A stretch of DNA of 64,000 bases from Saccostrea echinata. Its lineage: Eukaryota. The DNA is taken from assembly GCF_033153115.1 (NCBI RefSeq), contig NW_026889805.1:5580001-5644000 (forward strand), written 5' to 3'. The notes beneath the pieces are model-generated. The model made no database searches, was not told where the DNA came from, and was given only the letters and a program-made list of their open reading frames with translations. The position numbers and the translations under genes are program-made. Below, piece by piece: positions 1 through 9,800 of the stretch. The number at the start of each line of letters is the position of its first letter. Positions within the stretch are counted from its first letter, which is position 1.

Positions 1-80
1 AACTTGCATCACTTATTGCATCTTTTTCGCTGTTTTGAAATATGTTAGATTCCACAATTATAACTAGTTTGGTATGTGTT

Positions 81-168
81 GTTTGGTCCCCTGTCCAGCA
101 GCGCACGCACGCCACAGCTGAAGCAGTGTTTCCTAATGGCATTGGCATTGCACTGTCCCTTCTAATAG
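81..168 (+). pseudogene. Degenerate third copy (3' half) of the duplicated SLC49A4 exon
   Basis: Translates VWSPVQQRTHATAEAVFPNGIGIALSLLI-G and ends at a donor ATAG|gtagg in the same phase as exons 190-353 and 526-686. The GQxLNGLAGP 5' half is missing. Confidence 0.65.
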
Positions 169-189
169 GTAGGACCACTTCTCTTCCAG

Positions 190-849
190 GACGGTTAATA
201 TTGGTCAGTTTCTGAATGGTTTGGCGGGCCCGGTTGCCATGGGTGTTCCGCCAGTTTTGTCAGCTTTGTGGTTTCCTGTCAAAGAACGCACAACAGCCAC
301 AGCAATTTCCTTCGTTGTTTCAAGCATCGGTATCGCTGTCTCGTTTTCGCTTGGTACGTCTTGTTGAATTAAGTACTTACCACATCTTGTCTTTGAACAA
401 TTTAGCCAACAATCGAAGCACTGCAAATCCATACACACGGCTTATCAGCACACATGTATCCTAGCATACAAGAAGACAGACTATACAGGTTCAATCCAAA
501 ATGTACGCTCAAATATACTCTATAGGTCCGTGAACGTAGGACAAATGTTGAATGGGTTGGCGGGACCTGTAAGCGCTGTTCCACCCGTACTATCGTCTGC
601 TTGGTTTCCAACAAACCAGCGATTGACAGCTACTGGTGTCACAACTGCGTCATCATTTCTTGGCATCGCATCTTCCATGGTAATAGGTACAAGTAATGTT
701 ATTTGGGTTTCCCTTCGAGTATGTCACTTGTACTCAAAATTTATATCGGTCTTTTTTTTAATCTAAGAGCATAAATGGTACTATTTTTCCTGGAAATATT
801 ACCGTGTAGAAAAAAGTTAAATGTGAAAATTATTTGTATGGCACATCAA

Positions 850-880
<31 letters not shown>

Positions 881-3800
881 AATTAAATACTGCTTTGATT
901 TTGAGATTTTAGATTCAGTCTCCCTGATTATAAATAACGGTTTCTAAACCACAGTTCTTGATGTCAAAGTAAACTTACTAAAACTCTTACATCCACTGTA
1001 TCAGCAATTTGAACCCAGTACTTCCACACTTTGATTTGAACCCAGTACATATTTTGAATAAAATACCTACACATAACTCTGCATATCAAATATTTTTTAA
1101 AGGTTTAATTCATATATCATATATGTACACAGGCACTCTGGCTTCGTTCAAACCTTATTTAGTATCACATGTATCCTGTTTCTAAGTTTTAGAAATATGA
1201 GCCTTTGTTAAATGGCTGATCACTTGCTGGGCTTTTTTAAGTGAAAAAATTAACTGTCTCTCATAAAAGCGTAATTACCATCCAATGATTTTGAACAGTG
1301 CCAATATGATGCTGAATTATCTATGATCATGCATATTAACTGATGTCTTTACAGGTCCATATATGGTACCGGACAGAACCTCCAACACAACCTCCACAGT
1401 AAGGTATAAAACAGTGTTACCTTTGTTTTTATATTGAACAGTTGCACTTTAATTATATGTGTTATTCGATCACATCTGTTCATAATTCGTTTCAGCAATA
1501 CCTCATTGATCAACACAACAGGTAAGCAGAAACCACATCTAGCATAATTACAATGGAATATCCATAACTATAGGCTACAATTCACTATAGAATATACAAG
1601 GTACTAGTTCAGCACATCTAAATATCTCAAAATTATATAAAGGACAGTTGATTCTATAATACAGACAAAAGAGGAATGCTACAGGAATTCAATCATATCC
1701 AGATTTAGTATTGCCATACTTTAAAAAAGAAGAAATTAAAGTGTCTCTATTTCTGCAAAATATGGAAGGGTAATTAGTGCCACGTAATTTTTTTTAAGTT
1801 GGTAATTCCAACTTAAAAGTTGGTAATTTCAACTTTAAAGTGATAATTCCAACTTTAAAGTTGGATATTCCAACTTTAATCTTGGCTTTTCCAACTTTAA
1901 AGTTGGTTTTTCCATCTCTGTGTGGCTTTATGCATTATATTCAGATACTTTGTAGCTGGACTCGTGTTTCCGTTTTCTGCATGTAATTACAATGGAAAGA
2001 AAACGTTTTAAATTATGAAATAATGATGAAAGAAGGAATTATTAATTTCATTCTGTTTTCATGTACAGAATTGATACATTTAGTTCTGTTGTATTTGTTG
2101 TAGCATGTAATATAGTGTTGAGTCATCTTATATATCGAACACCTATTAATGGTCTCATTTGTTTAAGCTTATTCTCTCAAACATAACAAAATATATGTCT
2201 GATCTCTTAAATAGGTTTGGTTGAAATCCTGTCAAGTACGTAGTTGTATGAAGTTATTCTCTATATAATTATATAAGATGGACTAAAAGAAATATAAGGG
2301 TTTTTAATTAAAAGTTGGAAGTTATATGTAAGGTCATATTGAAAGTAAGGTAAAAAATGATTGACACAGATTAATTGCACACCAGTCTATTTCAGAGATA
2401 AGATAAGATAAGATATTCTTTATTTCCCCCAAATTAATGGAGAGTTTGTATGATCAAATAATTAATTCATGTAACAACACAATACAAAAGAGAAAACATA
2501 TTTATATATGTACAAATTTAATGTAAAACATTACAGGTTTCTACAATCTATGGCAAAAAGGCTTTTGTTTTTATATACTGTTGAGGCAACGATTATCATA
2601 ATACGCTTCCATTTTGTAAAAGATATTTTTTCAAAACTTGTGCCTTGAACACAACCCATTAACGATAAAAACTGTAAATCGGGATCTTGATCTTCAAATA
2701 AAACATACTCGTTTACATCAAGTATATCTAAAATGTCCTCAAACATAGTTTCTCTGTCGTCTAATAATGTAAAACAACTTAAGATCAAGTGCATATTATA
2801 GTTACTTGTTAGCTTATTACAAAGTTGACAAAATTTACGAACAATTTTCATCGATGAAACCTGAATCAAAAAATTGATTAACAGTCTTTTTGAGGGATCC
2901 TCTCTAGCAATCTGCCACAATTTATTTGGGTTTAACATGGTATGTATTTTACTGAAAAAAGACATATCAGGATCTCCAGACAGAGCAGCACGCCATTGTT
3001 TTTCCTCTGCTGACCATATTGTTTTGATAATCATTTTTGAAAATTCCTTTTTGCCGTATATAATACTACAATTATTTTCAAACACATCTAAGAGCTGGTA
3101 TTTGTTAGCAGTTTGTAACATGTTTTTGGTTGCAAAAAATTTTTCAGATACATGAACATCAGAAATAAACTTATAGATCTGATAATGTACAGAGGTTTGT
3201 TCTGACCTATGGAGTCTACCTAAAAAAAGTAGGCGACATTTATCAATGTAACCCTGTATAGTCCACAGACCAATATTTGAGATGCTTGAAAGTGACGGAG
3301 AAAACTTTGAAAATCCTTGAATTATTCTGGAGAAGTGTCTTTGTACATATTCAAGTTGTTGCATGTCTGTTAGTGACAATGACGGCCAAATATCGCAGGA
3401 GTAGAGGGCAGACGGTAGTACGACCCGTTTCCATATTTTTGCAGATACAACGGGATGAATGTCAGAGTTATTAACACCAATAGAATATAAAGAGTGGATT
3501 TTTGATCTAGCAGTTTTGCACACTCGTTCTGTAAGTTTGTCACTTTTCATGTTGGCCTGGAGAAGGCAACCAGCATATATTGTATTTTCAGACTGAGGTA
3601 TTTCACTACCAAAAAGCGTAACGCTACAAGATAAGGAACATTTTTGTGTTTTCCTAAATACAATAAAGACACTTTTACTAGGATTATAATGGAGTCTCCA
3701 AGTAAATGCATAGTTTTCTACATGGTTGAGTAAACACTGTAAGGATCTTGGTGAATTGCTCATTAGAGCAGTATCATCTGCTAATAGAATACCTGGAATG

Positions 3801-6800
3801 TGTTAATCACCCAGTAAAAGACCATTGCCATTTTTGCATATTTCATATAATAAATCATTAATATACACAAGAAACATAAAAGCACTAAGTATCCTTCCTT
3901 GCCCTACACCTTGACAAGTTTTGAACAAATTGGAGTTTACACCACAAAATGATACAAAACATTTGCTGTCATTATACCAGTACTTTAAAATTTGCCAAAA
4001 TCTGGAGTCAATTCCAAGATTATACAACTTAAATAAGAGACCATTATGCCAGATTCTGTCAAAGGCTTTTTCATTGTCTAAAAATGCACAGAAAACTGGA
4101 GAAACTCTATCTACATAGTAGCTAATAGATTCTTTTAGGACATAACATGCTGGGATGGCACCATAACCATTTCTAAACCCAAACTGTAGATTATGTGGAA
4201 ATGATTTTCCTCTACAAATTAGACCATCTTCAATTTTTGACAAAAGTATTTTTTCAAATAATTTACTGACTACAGATGTCAATGTGATACCCCTGTAATT
4301 AGTAGGAATACATTTATCTTTGTTTTTGCCTTTATAAATAGATATAATTTTTCCTACTTTGAACATTTCAGGAACGTATTTTTCTCTGATTATAGCATTA
4401 AAAAGTAAGCACAGTTGTTCAGACACAATATGACTACTGTATATAAGGTGTTCGTTAGTGAGAAAATCTGGTCCAGGAGCTTTTCCTTTGGTAAGCTGTT
4501 CAATTTGGTATTTGACATCTTCAACAGATATGACGTCCCCATCAGTGAATATGCCATCGCTGCTCTTTAGATTATTATCGATGTTCTGCACAGTTTCATC
4601 TATAAAGTGTTTAAAATCTTCATCAAATTTACCTGGATGGTACTCTTCGTTAGCAAGGTCAGAATAGTATTCTTGCCATAAATTGCACATGTCAGTAATG
4701 TTCTCAGCAGTTTTCCCTTTATAAATTAATTTTGATGGAAAAGATGAACCTGCTCGTTTTTTATTTTTCCATGCTGTCCTATAGAAAGTTCCTATATCAA
4801 TTTCAGTGGCTTTGTCAATTTCATCGAATATTGCAAGGTGTCAGTCTTTTTGTGCAAGTCTGTGCAGTTTTCTGAATTTACGTTTTGATTTTTTATAGTT
4901 TTCATACGATTCATTTTGTTTATCTCTAGGAGATCCCTTTGATTCCCAGGTCCTTCTTGAGCATCTCATTTCATAATGGGCGCTGTTTAACTCGGATTTT
5001 TTCCAATATGGTTTTAGATGCGGATTGAATTTTCCATATGGTATATGTCGATCAGAAGATGCTAAAAGCGAAGCAGTAATATGGACAAGGAACGTATCAA
5101 TATTATCCTTATGTAGAGTTCTTGTATCTGCTTGGTTTAAAAGGTTAGCAAACGAATTTTTTAACGATTCCAGTTTGTTGGTGTCAGCCAATTTCCATTT
5201 TGGGATGTTTCTTGAATAATCTGGAGGTAACTGGGCGAAAACACCAGTTATGTCAATTTCACAGAACAGAGGGAAATGGTCAGAAACTTCATAGGCAAAA
5301 TCTTGATATATTTCGTTATATTTCACTTCTTGAGAAAGCCATTCAGGAACAAAAATGTAGTCTAGAAGCGACTTCAGTTTTTGATCTTTTGTTTGGAATG
5401 TATATTGGTGTTCAGTAGAAAATATACTACAAAGGTTTCCGTCTAGCGTATTTTCTGTAAGGAGCTTTGATTTTGGACTGCTAGTTTTGTTTTTGATATC
5501 TGTATTAAAATCACAACATAAAATTACAGGACCAGTTTCACTAAGCTCATCAAACAAGTCAAATACGTCCTGCATCACACGTTTGTATTCCTCGTAATGA
5601 AGGTTTGTTGAGGGAAGGAGGCATCCAATAATAAACTGGTTTGTTCCATAAATAATTTCAATTCCCATTATTCTTTCATTCGCTGTCTTCACCTCTTTTA
5701 CAGAAAATTCACTGTTATTTCGAATCAAAAATGCAGTCCCTCCTCTAGTGATGTTGTTTTTGGATATTCCTGGTGTTGCAAAACAGGTTATGTTATCTGG
5801 CATTGATGTACGCAAACATGATAGACAATTTTTCGGAAGCCAATGTTCAGATATAAAAACGACATCTGCAAACTTTGTTACATCAGATAGTTCTGATAGG
5901 CAGGTGAAAACGCCATGTACATTCCAGCAAGACAGAATTATAAGGATTATTATGAAACGTGTCACTGTCATCATGGATCGTCTGTACTTCCAGGGTCAGG
6001 TTCAGTATTTCTGTCATTACGGATGATCCATTCTCTGGCCGAAATAGTTTCTGGCCAGAATTTTGGATTCTGTGTTTTTTCGTAGTCATCTTCATCAATG
6101 CTTGCACGGATTACAAATGTGGGAAATCTTCTTTCTGAGTGATGTGCTAGAAGAAATATGTCCGACACTTTAACATCTCGTTCTTCACACCATTCACGAA
6201 TATCTTTTTGGACCTCCTCGAATGTTGTTCCTAGTGCCTTTATGTTAGCTAAGACAATTCGTTTAGTACGTTGTTTCCTGCGGACGAACGTATAACCTGT
6301 AAAAGTTGATCTTGGTTCTTTATTTTCATATTCATTTGGTATCCACTCATTGTCTTTTTCTGAAGGTGTAAGTACGCTTGCAAAAGTTTTCGTATTACTT
6401 AGATTTTCTTTCTGTTTTGCTATATCTACACTGCCCAGATCTTTTGTGCAGCTCAAAATAGGCGAGGGATCTTGTACTCCATCTATTTCACCTGTTTCAT
6501 CTGTCTGTGACACTGCAGACCTGTGAATCTCAGAATTTAAGATCCGTATTTGATCAGTCTTGTCATCATCCTGACTGTAATCTCGATCTTCTTCCTCATC
6601 ACTCCTTCTGCTATTAGAAAAGATGCCTGTTGTACTTACGCGGTCATGTTCTGGTTTTTCGTGTCGTGCATTTTGCTTATCAGCAGTTTTTGCTTTGGAC
6701 TGCTTTTGTGTATTTTGCAGCGATCTTTGAATTTTCTTTAATTCTTTCAAAATTTCTCCGTTTGAGTCATTAGCCTCTTCACAAGATTTAAGTTTTTGTC

Positions 6801-9800
6801 GTAGATATTTCATTTCAGATTTAAGTTGTGTTGTAAAATCTGCTAGTCTTTTTTTCTCCTCCTCATGTGATGTCATTTCCTTTTGAAGACGGTTATTCTC
6901 TGCACGCAGTTGACGGATTTCATTGTTCTTGGACCGGATTTCACACGCAAAAACTGCTTTTAATTCTGTTAGTGCTTCCCTTATAGGTTGTAGCTCTTCG
7001 TGTAAGCATCCTTTTAGGGTTTGTAGAGTTAGTCCATTTAATGCGTCTTCTTCACATAAAGTCCTATTTGCAACCTGCGACGAGTCTTGTGAAACAGAGT
7101 TCTTCATTTTATATTTACTCATAACTTCTCTTTGGAACTCAGCGGACGACACAACGCCTTCTGTGAAAGCATATATATAGTACACATCAGATGCATACTT
7201 TTCCGTTATTGACTTCCCGGTACCTCTTTGCCGCCGTTCTGTTAGGAAACCTGTAGGGAATTCTTCGATTGTGGATTTTGCATAATCATACATACTTTGT
7301 CTTATTTCATTCATCTGATCTGGATTTTCCACGTATCTTTCCACCATGTTCTCTATGAAATTCTCTTTATCGTACTGACCAAACTGTTTTCTGATTTCTT
7401 CATATATTTCATTTTCAAGTTCTTCTGCATTTTGAGTGCAGTAAACATTATTTTCAATGTAACTGTCACTCTCGCAGCCGTTTTATTCATCTTTACTATT
7501 ACTCATATCCAGAACAGCGAATTATAAACATGCTATCCTGAACATTTGGAAACACCCTGTACTTGTCAAACAGCCTAACGTGACCTCGTTACTGGACACG
7601 ATTGAGTTACACCTGGGTGATTTTTATACAGGTAAACAGATAATGTTCGACCGGAAGTGATAATAACTTGAAAATTATGCACTTTTTTGATAAACTGTCA
7701 CGATAGATATATAAACAGAGCATCAATAGCATAAAATACCTATTTTTCTACGGTTTTTGATGTCTGGATACACGTATTCGAAGCATACAACGGGTGCACC
7801 GTTCACTCACCGTTCCAAGTCGAGGGGCACCATACGGGAAAAAAAAAACTTAAAAGTTGGTAATTTCAACTTTAAAGTGATAATTCCAACTTTAAAGTTC
7901 GATATTCCAACTTTAATCTTGGCTTTCCCAACTTTAAAGTTGGTAATTCCAACTTTAAAGTTGGTAATTCCAACTTTAAAGTTGGTTTTTCCATCTCTGT
8001 GTGGCTTTATGCATTATATTCAGATACTTTGTAGCTGGACTCGTGTTTCCGTTTTCTGCATGTAATTACAATGGAAAGAAAACGTTTTAAATTATGAAAT
8101 AATGATGAAAGAAGGAATTATTAATTTCATTCTGTTTTCGTGTACAGAATTGATACATTTAGTTCTGTTGTATTTGTTGTAGCATGTAATATAGTGTTGA
8201 GTCATCTTATATATCGAACACCTATTAATGGTCTCATTTGTTTAAGCTTATTCTCTCAAACATAACAAAATATATGTCTGATCTCTTAAATAGGTTTGGT
8301 TGAAATCCTGTCAAGTACGTAGTTGTATGAAGTTATTCTCTATATAATTATATAAGATGGACTAAAAGAAATATAAGGGTTTTTAATTAAAAGTTGGAAG
8401 TTATATGTAAGGTCATATTGAAAGTCAAGGTAAAAAATGATTGACACAGATTAATTGCACACCAGTCTATTTCAGAGTATTAATTTTATTTACATTAATA
8501 AACTTGGTAATAATTTAAAATAAAAGAAAAAAGCTAAGAAAAAGGGCCAGAAGAGCTCAAATTAAAGTTGGAAAAGCCAGGATTAAGTTGGAAAATCCAA
8601 CTTTAAAGTTTGAATTACCAACTTTTAAGTTGGAAAAGCAAACTTTTAAAATTGGAATTACCAATTTTTAAAAATTATTACGTTGCACTAATAAGCTTTC
8701 GTAGCAAAACCCAAATAAGATCATTGTGTTGAAAAGAATGAAAGTCAGTCATATCATATCTATTTTTTACAAGGCCTACACAAGTTTATAGGCAGTATAA
8801 TTTTATTTTAACCATATCAATTATTTACAAGACTAGTCGCTTGATAGATATTGTTCTTATAATTAAATATCTAATTTGGTAGATATTTCTTTCAGATGAT
8901 GATAGAATTTCTCAAGAAAGACATGATATTATGATTTATATGTATGTTGGTAAGTTTCAATAATTCTAATATCTAAAATTGAACATGATTACTTACATGC
9001 GGTCCACTTTATGTATCTATTCCTTTCTCGGCTTTATTTTCCCCAGAAGCTGCCTGGGCCGCCTTTATTCTCCTGCTGATATTCATTTACTTCCCAGCTA
9101 AGCCCCCCAAACCTCCGACTTTGTCAGCTTCCGTGGAGCGCATGGACTTCAAGGCTGGCGCCAAGTGTCTTGTCAGGTTTATAGATTTTATATTTACCAT
9201 ATGAAATGTTTAACTTCTGAAATTCTCGGTGGCTGTATTATAAATGTCTGTATATTGTACAGAAATGTGCGGTTTTGGATTATATGTGCTACATATGGTA
9301 TATCTCTGGGAGTCTTTAACTGTTGGCAGAGTGTTCTTGATGTCATCCTTAAACCTCACAACATAGACGAGGTAATTAATTCATTACAATTTAACAAAAC
9401 TACAATTGATGAAATGTTGCATTGATGTACAAAACAAAAAGACACCCATTATCAATTCGTCAAGTTAAATAAAAAAAGCTAGCACAAATCATATTAAACA
9501 CCATTTTAGCTGTCAAAAGGTTTCCATAAATATGTATTAACAAATTCCATCTTCGGTGGCGAATATTTCTTTTATAGTGGATTGCACTGGGCGTTCGATC
9601 TGTTGATCACTGGTGCCATTTTGCACACGAATGTCATATAAATGGATTTTATTTCATAATTTCGACATTACTTCCCTTTGTGCAACATTACAATAAGTAC
9701 TATGGTGTATCTAAGAAATAATTATAAAATGTTTCTCACAGAACGAGGCTGGATGGCTGGGCTTCTATTCCATTCTTGCAGGTTGTGCTGGGTCAATAAT

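Larger units (their letters stand above)
2398..7846 (-). mobile_element. Near full-length non-LTR retrotransposon (APE-RT LINE; RTEX/CR1/L2-like, clade not resolved)
   Basis: 5' UTR, ORF1, ORF2, AATAAA (2420-2425 on -) and a (TATCT)n tandem tail at ~2396-2416. Confidence 0.92.
1761..8703. mobile_element. Non-autonomous DNA transposon (IS3EU-like termini) interrupted by a LINE
   Basis: Imperfect TIR: TATGGAAGGGTAATTAGTGCCACGTAAT... and ...ATTACGTTGCACTAATAAGCTTTCGTA. 6-bp TSD GCAAAA at 1755-1760 and 8704-8709. Subterminal 21-bp palindromic repeats (AAGTTGGTAATTCCAACTTTA) at both ends. TAY..RTA termini with a 6-bp TSD are characteristic of IS3EU. Confidence 0.75.

Noticed and set aside
1797-1910. 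CRISPR-like array of 21-bp palindromic repeats (also 7847-7990 and 8560-8670)
   Set aside because: No unique spacers, eukaryotic intron context; these are subterminal transposon repeats.
3803-4843. Programmed readthrough or selenocysteine at the LINE ORF2 stops
   Set aside because: One stop is TAA and a third stop lies in ORF1. Random post-insertion nonsense mutations are the simpler explanation.
2874-7527. Plus-strand ORFs overlapping the LINE
   Set aside because: Antisense shadows of the minus-strand ORF1/ORF2 with no recognisable motifs.
1810-8477. LTR retrotransposon interpretation of the long direct repeats
   Set aside because: No TG..CA ends, primer-binding site, polypurine tract, protease or integrase. 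The interior is an APE-RT LINE with its own tail, and the repeats are continuous with the surrounding MITE.
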